From the NCBI GenBank assembly GCA_024638475.1, contig JAHEKG010000001.1, positions 4,504 to 68,503 on the forward strand: a stretch of 64,000 bases of DNA. Direction: 5' to 3'. The stretch is from Rhodospirillales bacterium. Lineage in GTDB: Bacteria > Pseudomonadota > Gammaproteobacteria > Steroidobacterales > JAHEKG01. Positions 39,895 through 48,753 of the stretch are shown here, in pieces (within the stretch, counting starts at the first letter, position 1; every line of letters begins with the position of its first letter). Below the pieces are notes generated by a model, which made no database searches, had not been told where the DNA came from, and saw only the letters and a list, made by a program, of their open reading frames with translations. A program made the position numbers and the translations under genes.

Positions 39895-40865
39895 CGGCCC
39901 GCCGTTTGGCGCAAGTCGTCCAACAAGTCGCTTTGGTTCAGCTCGCCCAGATAGCGTGGGACAATGACGTCCATCGGGCGCGGTTTCAGTTTTAGTTTTG
40001 CGAAACCGCTGTTGCTGCAAATACTGTTTACGGTCAAGGAACGGAAGTTGTCCATGCTGAAGGGTTTGCCAGGCAACCACTCGCAAAGCCGAGCCTGCAG
40101 CTTTGCCAGGCTGTCCGGCAGGCCAATCGTTGTGCGTTTGATATGGAGTGCCTTGCAAATGAACTCCGTAATTTCTCGCAGCGAGTAGATCTGCGGTCCA
40201 CACAATTCATAGGTTTGGCCAACAGTGCTCGGGTCGGCCAAGGCGCGACAAAACGCGTCGACGACGTCCTCGACGTAAACGGGTGCAAACCGTGCATTGG
40301 GCCGTGCTAACGGAAATACGGGGGCCAGGGTCAACAACTTGGCGAAGCGATTAATAAACGCATCTTCCGGACCAAACACCACGGAGGGCCGAAATATCGT
40401 CCAAGCAATGTCGTCCCCTGTTTGTTGCAGCACCGCCTCTCCTTGGCCTTTGGTGCGTAGATAATGACTGGGGCCGCGCTCTGCGTTGGCCTTGAGTGCG
40501 CTCATGTGCAGAAGCCTGCTGACCCCCTGTAGGCGGCAGGCGGCGGTGACTTGGCTAACTAGCTCGACATGGGCGGCTTGGAAACCTTGCTTAGAGCGGC
40601 GACTGTCGTTGAGAACACCTACTAAATTGATGACGGCGTCACAGCCGGCAATGATGCTGTTCAGTGCGCTGGGGTCGTGGATGTTCGTTTCGACGAGGTC
40701 GACGCTCGGCAGCACGAGTAGGCGGCGATGGCGCTGGCGGCTGCGGGTGGGTATTACCACGTCGTAGCCGTCTGGCCCCAGACGCGCGGCCAGGCGGCGG
40801 CCGATAAAACCGGTGCCGCCGAGGATGCAGACCCGGCCCTTGATTACTTTGGTCGACACTAACAC
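39891..40865 (-). CDS. NAD(P)H-binding atypical SDR, NDUFA9/NmrA-like
   Basis: The N-terminal motif is 'CILGGTGFIGRRLA' (GxxGxxG). It is 324 aa with an epimerase-like fold pattern. Confidence 0.75.
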   Translation of the reverse strand: MLVSTKVIKGRVCILGGTGFIGRRLAARLGPDGYDVVIPTRSRQRHRRLLVLPSVDLVETNIHDPSALNSIIAGCDAVINLVGVLNDSRRSKQGFQAAHVELVSQVTAACRLQGVSRLLHMSALKANAERGPSHYLRTKGQGEAVLQQTGDDIAWTIFRPSVVFGPEDAFINRFAKLLTLAPVFPLARPNARFAPVYVEDVVDAFCRALADPSTVGQTYELCGPQIYSLREITEFICKALHIKRTTIGLPDSLAKLQARLCEWLPGKPFSMDNFRSLTVNSICSNSGFAKLKLKPRPMDVIVPRYLGELNQSDLLDDLRQTAGR

Positions 40866-40943
40866 CTCCTTAGAGGCGGCGGATTATAGCGCCACCGGCG
40901 CTGCTGTCGCTCGGCTGGGCCGCATTTTGTCGTTCCGTGCCGG

Positions 40944-42902
40944 CTAGCGGACTTGCGCGATCGGTTGTTGGGCGGTGTTAGACGGCAGGGGTTGGAGTGA
41001 TTCAGTTAGGCGTGGCGCTGGGCCCTGGATCCGCCATTGCATGATCGTGGCGGTTTCGAGCACGCGTTGAACATACTGCCGGGTCTCCTTGTAGGGTATC
41101 GTGGCGAGCCAAACCTCAGCGGGCATCCCATCGGCATTGGCCAGCCACCGCTCGACTCGGTGCGGACCCGCGTTGTAAGCCGCCGCCGCCAACACTTTAT
41201 TCTGATCGAAACGTTCGAGCATGCGGTTAAGGTATTCGCTGCCGAGCCGCGCATTGCTAATAGGATCGACCAACGTGCGCAGCCCGGTGTAACTGACGCC
41301 TAATTCGCGCGCGACCTCTTTACCCGTGGCGGGCATGAGTTGCATTAGGCCAATGGCCCCGGCCGAGGAACGGACGTCGGGCATGAATAGGCTTTCGCTG
41401 CGGGCAACGCCCAATACGAGCGGCGTATCGACCGGCAGGCCCTCGAGCCAGTTGGCCGCCGGGATAGGGAAGCGCAGGCGGAGATCATGGTGCAGCCCGG
41501 CTCTGCCCGCGGTGGCAATGGCTCGTGAATGCCATCCCCATTGATTGGCCAGCAGTGCAGCCTGGATCTGATCACGCTTGTCGAGCGTTGTCATGAGCGT
41601 TTCCCAAAGCTGCCGGGCACGGCCATATAGTCCGACATAGAACAATTCACGCGCGCGAATGAAGTTGGCATCGGCGGCCAGCTGTTGCAGCCGAATCGGG
41701 TTCATTGGTGTGGGCGTGTGTCCATAGGAATACGTTAGCCCCAGCCAATCCGATGCTAAAAAGCCGTAAAAGCCGCGTTCTTGCGCGAGCCCTTGGAATA
41801 GCTGCGAAGACTGATCCCTTTGGCCGAGCTTTTCGAGCGTGCGCGCCTGCCAGTAGCGGCTCTCGGCCAATGCGGTTTCGCTGTCGGAAAGGCCCTCGAG
41901 CGCCTCGAGGGTGGCCACCGGGTCGCCGCTGCGCAGCGCGCTGCGGACCCGCCACTCACGAACTTTTGTGTCGGTCGCGGTCGGCGGTACCTGGGCTAGG
42001 TGTTCGACGGCACCGAGTTCCAGGCGTTGAGCGCTGCCCAGCGCACCCATGCGCAGTAACCGCGAGCGCAAGTCCTCTGGTAACGCGTAGCGCGCCTTAA
42101 GCTGCTGCCACAGAATCAGGGTTTGGTCGCGATCGCGGTAGGTTAACCGCATCAGCCCAGCCTCTAATAGGGCCAGATCTGGTTCCACGGCGGGTGTGCC
42201 GCTGACAAATGACGCCAGGGTACCCGCCGGGTCTGCAAACATTTTCTGCCAAGTCGCCACCCTTTGTCGCGCCGCCTCGTCCAGTGACCGGGCGAGGTAG
42301 GCGGCAAGCCCGAATTGACGTTCCGTCAGGGCCAACTCTAGGCGCTCCGAGTAGTGGGTCGCGGTCAGTACCGATTGATGCTTGAGCTTTGCGAAGACGG
42401 GATCGCAGGCGGCGTGCTGGCTATGGCCGACCCGCCACAAGGCGAGCCCGGCTTGCTGGAACTCCGGAGCGGGAAGCCTATCGAGTTGCGCATTGGCAAA
42501 GTGACACAGCATCTCGGAGTCGCGTTGCGGCGCCCGTTCCCACAATCTCAAGAAAGTCGCCCAATCGGCTCGTTTGGCGGCCTGCCGCAGTTGGGCACGA
42601 GCGAGCAGCCGGGTTTCGGGATGGTCGGGAAACTGGGCGCGGAATGTTTCGAGAGCAGCTTCCGGCTGGCGCGCCAAACTGGCGCGCAGCAAAGCGCCCA
42701 GCAGATCCGGATACAGCGGATAGTCGGCCAGCTCGGCGAGATAAGGGGTGACGGTGACGATGTCGCCGCGTTGGGCCGCGGGGTAGGCGACCATGAAACT
42801 GGCGCGCTGGGACTCGAGCCGTATTTCTGGACGCTGTAGGGTATCTAAAGGTGCGGTGGCGAGTATGCTGCCCGCCGCGATGACAACCAGGAAACCGTGC
42901 AA
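40944..42902 (-). CDS. slt: soluble lytic murein transglycosylase (Slt70-like)
   Basis: A long superhelical N-terminal region is followed by an SLT domain, 'ARSESLFMPDVRSSAGAIGLMQLMPATG...AAYNAGP'. Confidence 0.85.
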   Translation of the reverse strand: MHGFLVVIAAGSILATAPLDTLQRPEIRLESQRASFMVAYPAAQRGDIVTVTPYLAELADYPLYPDLLGALLRASLARQPEAALETFRAQFPDHPETRLLARAQLRQAAKRADWATFLRLWERAPQRDSEMLCHFANAQLDRLPAPEFQQAGLALWRVGHSQHAACDPVFAKLKHQSVLTATHYSERLELALTERQFGLAAYLARSLDEAARQRVATWQKMFADPAGTLASFVSGTPAVEPDLALLEAGLMRLTYRDRDQTLILWQQLKARYALPEDLRSRLLRMGALGSAQRLELGAVEHLAQVPPTATDTKVREWRVRSALRSGDPVATLEALEGLSDSETALAESRYWQARTLEKLGQRDQSSQLFQGLAQERGFYGFLASDWLGLTYSYGHTPTPMNPIRLQQLAADANFIRARELFYVGLYGRARQLWETLMTTLDKRDQIQAALLANQWGWHSRAIATAGRAGLHHDLRLRFPIPAANWLEGLPVDTPLVLGVARSESLFMPDVRSSAGAIGLMQLMPATGKEVARELGVSYTGLRTLVDPISNARLGSEYLNRMLERFDQNKVLAAAAYNAGPHRVERWLANADGMPAEVWLATIPYKETRQYVQRVLETATIMQWRIQGPAPRLTESLQPLPSNTAQQPIAQVR

Positions 42903-42983
42903 ATTTCCCCCTAGCCATTCGGGTCATTGTTGTTGTTATGGTTAGACCATGCCAAGGCCAATGGGTTGCGGTCAAGGCGCAAC

Positions 42984-43022
42984 AAAAAAACCGGCCCCGG
43001 AAGCTAATTCCTAGGGCCGGTT
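42984..43022 (-). terminator. rho-independent terminator downstream of the Do-family protease gene
   Basis: On the minus strand the stem CCGGCCC...GGGCCGG (7 GC pairs plus an inner GGAA/TTCC extension) is followed immediately by TTTTTTT. It begins 29 nt after the stop codon. Confidence 0.8.
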
Positions 43023-43050
43023 CTGAACAAAGTTAAATCGGGCCGGGGAG

Positions 43051-44430
43051 CTAGCGCATGCGCACTAGCGTGCCACGACTACCGCGCTGAACCCGCAAGA
43101 TGATGGATCGAGAAGCCGCGACGATGGCCTGGAAATCCTGTAGGTTTTCAACCCGGCGGTTGTTGACGGCGATAATCACGTCCCCGCTGCGCAGCCCCCG
43201 CAGGTAGGCGGGGCTATTGGCTTCGACCGACGTTGTCAGCACACCGGGGCGACCGTTCTGGGTTACCGTGTCGTTGCTGGCAAATTCCGCGCCGTCGAAT
43301 TCCTCGCCTAGATTGGCGACGACTTCTTCCTGGGGCAAATCCATCGTTCCCAGTGTGGCCTGGAAATTACGGCGCTTGCCATTGCGTACGAGACCGATCC
43401 GCACATTATCGCCAGCGCGCAGGACACCTATCGCGGCGCGAAGTTGGCCTGCGTCAGTCACGTCGCGACCGTTTACGGACGTGATCACATCCTCGATTTC
43501 GATGCCGGCTTTTTCCGCTGCAGAGCCCGGACTGACCGACGTGACTAACGCGCCGCTGGTTTCTTTGAGCCCGTAATCTTTCGCAATATCGGGTGTAATG
43601 GAAAGAATGTTCACGCCCAGCAGGCCGCGTTTGACGGAGCCGAACTCCAACAATTGGTCCATGATCGTCTGCACCATGGCGACGGGAATCGCGAAGCCGA
43701 TGCCTATGTTGCCGCCCGTGCGCGAGAGGATCGCCGAATTGATGCCGACCAGCTCGCCCCGCAGGTTGACGAGTGCCCCACCGGAATTGCCGGGATTGAT
43801 AGAGGCATCGGTCTGAATAAAGTCCTCGTAACCATCGCGGTTAATACTGGACCGGCCTTTTGCGCTAACGATCCCGGACGTCACCGTATGCGACAGCCCG
43901 AATGGATTACCTATGGCGACAACGAAATCGCCCACCCGCAGGGCATCGGAGTTGCCGAGGGGTAAGGCGGATAGTTCCTTGGCGTCGACCTTGATGAGGG
44001 CGACGTCGGTACCGGCATCCGAGCCGACAACTTCCGCCGTGAAGGAGCGGTTGTCGAGCAGGGTGATGGAAATCTCGTCGGCGTCTTCGATGACGTGGTG
44101 ATTAGTAAGGATGTAGCCGCGCTCGGCATCGATAATGACTCCGGAACCGGCGCTGTTGAACTTGCGGCTTTGCGGCCGATTCTCCGGGTTGCCGAAAAAG
44201 CGCCGAAATACCGGATCGTCCAGCAGCGGGTTGGAGCGCACCTCCCGGCTACCTTTGACGGCAATGTTGACCACCGCGGGCGCCGTCCGCTCAATCATCG
44301 GCGCCAGGCTGGGATATTCCCCAGGCGCCATGAGTTCCGACATGGGGATCTGCGCGTTAGCGGTGGAAACTAAGCTGCCAGCGGTAATTACCAGCAGGGC
44401 AAGATTTTGCAGCTGTCGTTGAAATACCAT
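43051..44430 (-). CDS. Do-family periplasmic serine endopeptidase (DegP/DegQ/MucD-like), two PDZ domains
   Basis: The signal peptide runs from ATG 44430 ('MVFQRQLQNLALLVITAGSLVSTANA'). The catalytic triad context is 'TNHHVI', 'DVALIKV' and 'GNSGGALVN'. The track's upstream extension is unlikely. Confidence 0.9.
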   Translation of the reverse strand: MVFQRQLQNLALLVITAGSLVSTANAQIPMSELMAPGEYPSLAPMIERTAPAVVNIAVKGSREVRSNPLLDDPVFRRFFGNPENRPQSRKFNSAGSGVIIDAERGYILTNHHVIEDADEISITLLDNRSFTAEVVGSDAGTDVALIKVDAKELSALPLGNSDALRVGDFVVAIGNPFGLSHTVTSGIVSAKGRSSINRDGYEDFIQTDASINPGNSGGALVNLRGELVGINSAILSRTGGNIGIGFAIPVAMVQTIMDQLLEFGSVKRGLLGVNILSITPDIAKDYGLKETSGALVTSVSPGSAAEKAGIEIEDVITSVNGRDVTDAGQLRAAIGVLRAGDNVRIGLVRNGKRRNFQATLGTMDLPQEEVVANLGEEFDGAEFASNDTVTQNGRPGVLTTSVEANSPAYLRGLRSGDVIIAVNNRRVENLQDFQAIVAASRSIILRVQRGSRGTLVRMR

Positions 44431-44549
44431 GATTGTCCTCGTAGTCGTCACCCTAGATCGGCGATTCCACTGTTTTGACCATCTTAAAACGGCGTGGTGC
44501 CACCTTATACGAGATGCGCCAATTCGCAAAAAGGTCGCAAAGCTGAACG

Positions 44550-44573
44550 CCGGGGCGGCAAATGCCACCCCGG
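44550..44573 (-). other. GC-rich hairpin between hsp20 and the protease gene (possible partial terminator/processing site)
   Basis: On the minus strand it reads CCGGGGTGGC-ATTT-GCCGCCCCGG, a 10 bp stem with one G-U pair. No contiguous U-tract follows. Confidence 0.35.
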
Positions 44574-44586
44574 TTTCAGAGTTTGG

Positions 44587-45024
44587 CTATGACTTGACCT
44601 CGATTCGCTTCGGCTGGACTTGAGGTTTCTTGGGAATTCGAATCTCGAGTACGCCGTCACGGGCTTGGGCGACGATGCCTTCATCGTCACTGGTGTCCGG
44701 CAGGGCGAAACGGCGGAAAAAGCGGCCGCTGACGCGCTCCGTGCGTTTGTAGCCACGAGACTCAGTTTCGTTGATGGTCTGGCGTGAGCCCTGGATTGAA
44801 AGCAGTCCGTTTTCCATCGTGATATCGACGTCTTTGGCATCGACGCCGGGTAAATCCGCGCGAATCACAAAGCCGTCAGTGGATTCGGCGACATCCACGG
44901 CCGGCACCCAATCACTGACAGAATCCGGTTCGGCGCCAGGGGCCAACCGGTTGCCAACCAAATCATCCAAGTCCCGATGGAGACGATTCATCCAGGTCCA
45001 GGGGTCGTGTCGAATAATATTCAT
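44587..45024 (-). CDS. Hsp20/alpha-crystallin family small heat-shock protein
   Basis: The 145 aa product from ATG 45024 has an alpha-crystallin core ('PAVDVAESTDGFVIRADLPGVDAKDVDITMENGLLSIQG...F.RRFALP') and a GGAGA ribosome-binding site. Confidence 0.9.
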   Translation of the reverse strand: MNIIRHDPWTWMNRLHRDLDDLVGNRLAPGAEPDSVSDWVPAVDVAESTDGFVIRADLPGVDAKDVDITMENGLLSIQGSRQTINETESRGYKRTERVSGRFFRRFALPDTSDDEGIVAQARDGVLEIRIPKKPQVQPKRIEVKS

Positions 45025-45063
45025 GAGGTTCTCCAAGTTGAAATACTCGATGCTTGTTGCCTT

Positions 45064-45091
45064 AGTTTGGGGCGATCTGAGGCAATTCAAG
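45064..45091 (-). promoter_or_regulatory. sigma32 (RpoH)-type heat-shock promoter for hsp20
   Basis: The minus strand reads CTTGAA-N13-CCCCAAACT, against the remembered consensus CTTGAAA-N13-14-CCCCATnT. It ends about 40 nt upstream of the start codon. Confidence 0.55.
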
Positions 45092-45150
45092 AGGTTAAAA
45101 ACCTGTGGATGAGGTGTGTAAAAGCAGAGGGTGGGTTGGGGATAGGTTAT

Positions 45151-45166
45151 ACACAATATGTTGTGT
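45151..45166. promoter_or_regulatory. NrdR-box-like palindrome (distal)
   Basis: ACACAATATGTTGTGT matches 15 of 16 positions of the remembered NrdR box consensus acaCwAtATaTwGtgt. Confidence 0.55.
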
Positions 45167-45286
45167 TTCGCGGGCCAAAAAAAACTCCAGAAAGTACCTA
45201 TAATTATTTCAAGTACTTGCAAGGATATCTTCATAAACCATTGTTTTTATTGAGGTCAATACAAGCTATGGCTTTGTCATAAAGTC

Positions 45287-45315
45287 TTGACAGGCGTCCG
45301 CACTCGGCCTAATCT
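45287..45315 (+). promoter_or_regulatory. sigma70-type promoter for nrdJa
   Basis: TTGACA (45287-45292), a 17 nt spacer, then TAATCT (45310-45315). Confidence 0.5.
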
Positions 45316-45326
45316 AGACGCCATAG

Positions 45327-45342
45327 ACACAACATCTTGTGT
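45327..45342. promoter_or_regulatory. NrdR-box-like palindrome (proximal, overlapping predicted transcription start)
   Basis: ACACAACATCTTGTGT matches 14 of 16 consensus positions. It is embedded in a longer perfect 10 bp-arm palindrome, ATAGACACAA-CATC-TTGTGTCTAT, beginning 12 nt after the -10 hexamer. Confidence 0.65.
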
Positions 45343-45490
45343 CTATCAAATAAGCAGATTTTGCGGGGTTCGTGTGCATTTCGAGCGGCACGTATCGGGG
45401 GGTCGTTCGCTCAAAAAAACCAAGCGGGCCGATGGGTTAGCTACTTAAATAAGGCTGTGATCGGGCTTTTTTCGGGGGGGAAGGATCAGG

Positions 45491-47641
45491 ATGACCAAAA
45501 CCGCTGTGCAATATCGCGTTGCGAAACTCGCCGATATCCCATTACAACCGGCTTCCCGGGAAATCTGGGACACCAAGTACCGCTTAAAAACAAAGACGGG
45601 CGAGCCGGTCGACGCCGACCTTCAATCAACTTATCGGCGGGTGGCAGAGGCATTGGCGGAAGTCGAGGAGCCGGCGAAACGGGAATTCTGGAACGAGCGC
45701 TTCTTATGGGCATTAGAGCGCGGTGCCATACCCGCCGGTAGGATCATGTCGAATGCGGGTGCCATGGAGCATAAGCCAGCCACATCGACAATCAATTGCA
45801 CGGTGTCCGGCTCAATTAACGATTCCATGAATGACATCCTCAACAAAGTGCATGAGGCTGGGTTAACGCTCAAAGCCGGCTGCGGTATCGGTTACGAGTT
45901 TTCGACGTTACGCCCCAAGGGAGCATATGTTTCCGGTGCCGGTGCCTATACTTCCGGGCCGCTCTCCTTCATGGATATCTACGACAAGATGTGCTTCACG
46001 GTTTCGTCGGCCGGTGGCCGGCGCGGCGCGCAGATGGGCACCTTCGACATTGGTCATCCCGATGCTGTCGATTTCGTCCGTGCCAAGCGGGAAGACGGTC
46101 GTTTACGACAGTTCAATTTATCGCTGTTGATCACCGATGAGTTTATGCAAGCCGTACACGACGATGCCGATTGGAAATTGGCATTTCCGCTCAACGAGCG
46201 TGAACGGCTGGAGGAAAACATCGATCTTGCCGACCCCGACAAGGTGGTATGGCGCCGGTGGCCCACCGATGGGGATTACATTCACGACGCGGCGGGCCTC
46301 GTCGCTTGCCGGATTTATCGAACGCTACCCGCCCGCCGCATGTGGGACATGATCATGTCCTCTACCTACGATTACGCCGAGCCTGGATTCGTATTGATCG
46401 ATCGGGTGAATGAAATGAACAATAATTGGTGGGTCGAAAATATCCGGGCGACCAATCCTTGCGGCGAGCAGCCGTTACCGCCGTACGGCGCATGTTTGCT
46501 CGGCTCCATTAACTTGACCAAGTTCGTAATCGATCCTTTTTCCGCGACAGCACGCTTCGACTGGGATGAATTTCAAGAAGTGGTCAAAGTGTTCACCCGT
46601 ATGCTCGACAACGTCGTCGACATTAACGGCCTACCCCTGGAAGCTCAACGCGAAGAAATTCTGCGGAAACGCCGCCACGGCATGGGGTTTTTGGGTTTGG
46701 GGTCGACAATAGCATTGCTTGGAATGCGCTACGGGTCGCCGGAGTCCGTCAAATTTACAGAGAAAGTCTCCCGAGAACTGGCACTTGCTGGATGGCAGGT
46801 GGCACTGGAATTGGCCCGGGAAAAGGGTGCCGCGCCGATCATGACCGAGCGCTTCAAGATCACCGAAGCGATGTTGCGGCAACGCCCGGAAATGGCCGAG
46901 GACGGCTGGAAAGCCGGCGACCAAATCGAGGGGCGTATTTTGCATGCTCGTTACAGCCGCTATATGCAGAGAATTGCCGAGACTGCCCCGGAGCTGGTTG
47001 ACGAGTTGGTACAGGCGGGCGCCCGCTTCACCCACCATAGCTCGATAGCGCCGACCGGGACGATTTCGCTGTCCCTAGCAAACAACGCAAGTAACGGTAT
47101 CGAACCATCTTTTGCACATCGGTATTTTCGTAACGTCATCAAGGAGGGGCGAAAAACCAAAGAAAAGGTTGATGTGTTGTCTTTTGAGCTCCTGGCGTAT
47201 CGCGAGTTAGTGAATGCGAATGCCGTGCCGGGCTCCGAAAAACCCGGTGAAACCCTCCCTGACTATTTCACCAGCTCGGAAGATGTCACACCGCAAGAGC
47301 ATGTAGATATCCAGGCCGCCGCGCAGCGATGGATCGACTCATCCATCTCGAAAACCGCTAATGTGCCGACAGATTACCCCTACGAAGACTTCAAGAATAT
47401 TTATAGCTATGCCTACGAGCAGGGGTTAAAGGGGTGCACCACGTTCCGGTTTAATCCGGAGGCCTTCCAAGGTGTATTGGTCAAGGAGCAAGACCTCAAG
47501 AACACGATATATCGGTTTACATTGGACGATGGCACGGAAGTGGAAGCCCGTGGTGACGAAGAAATCGTGTATGACGGTGAAACTCACACGGCCGCCAACC
47601 TCTTTGATGCGCTCAAGGAAGGCTATTACGGGAAGTTCTGA
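45491..47641 (+). CDS. nrdJa: class II (adenosylcobalamin-dependent) ribonucleotide reductase, large N-terminal polypeptide of a split enzyme
   Basis: Has the active-site block 'TNPCGEQPLPPYGACLLGSINL'. It is 716 aa and ends before the region carried by the next gene. The arrangement resembles the split NrdJa/NrdJb of Pseudomonas aeruginosa as I remember it. Confidence 0.9.
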   Translation: MTKTAVQYRVAKLADIPLQPASREIWDTKYRLKTKTGEPVDADLQSTYRRVAEALAEVEEPAKREFWNERFLWALERGAIPAGRIMSNAGAMEHKPATSTINCTVSGSINDSMNDILNKVHEAGLTLKAGCGIGYEFSTLRPKGAYVSGAGAYTSGPLSFMDIYDKMCFTVSSAGGRRGAQMGTFDIGHPDAVDFVRAKREDGRLRQFNLSLLITDEFMQAVHDDADWKLAFPLNERERLEENIDLADPDKVVWRRWPTDGDYIHDAAGLVACRIYRTLPARRMWDMIMSSTYDYAEPGFVLIDRVNEMNNNWWVENIRATNPCGEQPLPPYGACLLGSINLTKFVIDPFSATARFDWDEFQEVVKVFTRMLDNVVDINGLPLEAQREEILRKRRHGMGFLGLGSTIALLGMRYGSPESVKFTEKVSRELALAGWQVALELAREKGAAPIMTERFKITEAMLRQRPEMAEDGWKAGDQIEGRILHARYSRYMQRIAETAPELVDELVQAGARFTHHSSIAPTGTISLSLANNASNGIEPSFAHRYFRNVIKEGRKTKEKVDVLSFELLAYRELVNANAVPGSEKPGETLPDYFTSSEDVTPQEHVDIQAAAQRWIDSSISKTANVPTDYPYEDFKNIYSYAYEQGLKGCTTFRFNPEAFQGVLVKEQDLKNTIYRFTLDDGTEVEARGDEEIVYDGETHTAANLFDALKEGYYGKF

Positions 47642-47812
47642 TGGCGGACGACTACAAAGCAGCATTGGCACGAAGCCGCAGGAATACGTCCAACCTCGGG
47701 TCACGTACCCGCGGGAACTGGTTGCAGGGGTTGCGAGGGGCGTTCGCGCGTAGCATCGCGCGCCGACCGTGGCCGCGGAAAAAGTAAGCAGATTGAGCAA
47801 GAGAGTAAATTC

Positions 47813-48511
47813 ATGAGCCATATTGAAATCACCAAGAAGATAGTGAATTTCGCTGTCGATCAAGACGACGCTAAGGCGGCGGTACCTAAGATTGAAGATC
47901 TTAAGGCCGAAGGCAATGTCATTCGTATGCACGAGAAGCTCGAGCGTCCGGAGATGCTTATTGGTTCCACCTATAAGGTCAAGACGCCGGTCTCGGATCA
48001 TGCCATGTACGTCACCATCAATGACATTGTGCTCAACGAAGGAACGCCCCATGAGCAACGGCGGCCTTTCGAAATATTTATAAATTCGAAGAATCTGGAC
48101 CACTATCAATGGATCGTTGCGTTAACGCGGATCATGTCCGCCGTTTTTCGTAAGGGCGGCGATGTCACTTTCCTCGTCGACGAATTGAAAGCCGTTTTTG
48201 ATCCTCGCGGCGGTTATTGGCAACCAGGCGGTAAGTTCATGCCGTCGATCATTGCCGAACTCGGTTATATCGTAGAGAAACACTTGCAGACTATCGGGCT
48301 CTTGCAGCCCCCTGGCCTGGACGAGCATCAGCAAAAATTGGTCGATGAAAAACGGGCGGAATTCGAAGGCTCGAAAAAACAGCAGGATGCTTTTTCGGAA
48401 AACAGTTTTCCCGAGGGGGCGCAGTTGTGTAACAAGTGCAACACGGCTGCGGCGGTGATGTTAGATGGTTGCATGACTTGCCTGAATTGCGGTTATTCGA
48501 AGTGTGGTTGA
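47813..48511 (+). CDS. nrdJb: class II ribonucleotide reductase, C-terminal polypeptide with Cys-rich tail
   Basis: Has the 'PFEIFINSKNLDHYQWIVALTRIMSAVFRKGGDV' block typical of the C-terminal third of monomeric NrdJ. The tail 'CNKCNTAAAVMLDGCMTCLNCGYSKCG' is a CxxC...CxxC redox/zinc tail. Confidence 0.8.
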   Translation: MSHIEITKKIVNFAVDQDDAKAAVPKIEDLKAEGNVIRMHEKLERPEMLIGSTYKVKTPVSDHAMYVTINDIVLNEGTPHEQRRPFEIFINSKNLDHYQWIVALTRIMSAVFRKGGDVTFLVDELKAVFDPRGGYWQPGGKFMPSIIAELGYIVEKHLQTIGLLQPPGLDEHQQKLVDEKRAEFEGSKKQQDAFSENSFPEGAQLCNKCNTAAAVMLDGCMTCLNCGYSKCG

Positions 48512-48579
48512 CGCCGTCGAGCCGTAGCTCGGTGGAAAGATTTTGCGGCTGACGCGAGCCTAAAGCTGGTCACGCCCTT

Positions 48580-48619
48580 GTCCGCTCCGGTCCGAGAGAT
48601 CGGGGCGGGCTTTTTTTTT
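48580..48619 (+). terminator. rho-independent terminator after nrdJb
   Basis: The stem GTCCGCTCCG...CGGGGCGGGC (10 bp including two G-U pairs) is followed directly by nine T residues. Confidence 0.8.
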
Positions 48620-48753
48620 GCCCAGAGCCAGCGTGGTCTTGGGCTGCTAGAATCAACCCCATGCGACCGAACGAGCGCCTTACCCTGAGTCAGCCTGATT
48701 GTCCGGCCCCCGCCGCATGCTAGCCGCAAGCCACAAGGGTTAGTAGCTCTGCG

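Noticed and set aside
45343-45490. A cobalamin riboswitch in the nrdJa leader.
   Set aside because: I could not find a B12-box-like element. Repression of a B12-dependent enzyme by B12 would also be biologically unexpected. Only a weak hairpin plus a T-run is present.
45337-45741. A 134 aa ORF spanning the nrdJa leader and start.
   Set aside because: It overlaps the well-supported nrdJa frame, it is Gly/Arg-rich and low in complexity, and it has no ribosome-binding site.
47426-48109. A 227 aa minus-strand ORF covering the nrdJa/nrdJb junction.
   Set aside because: It is antisense to two genes with strong RNR homology and shows no recognisable motif. It probably persists because this segment has fewer stop codons by chance.
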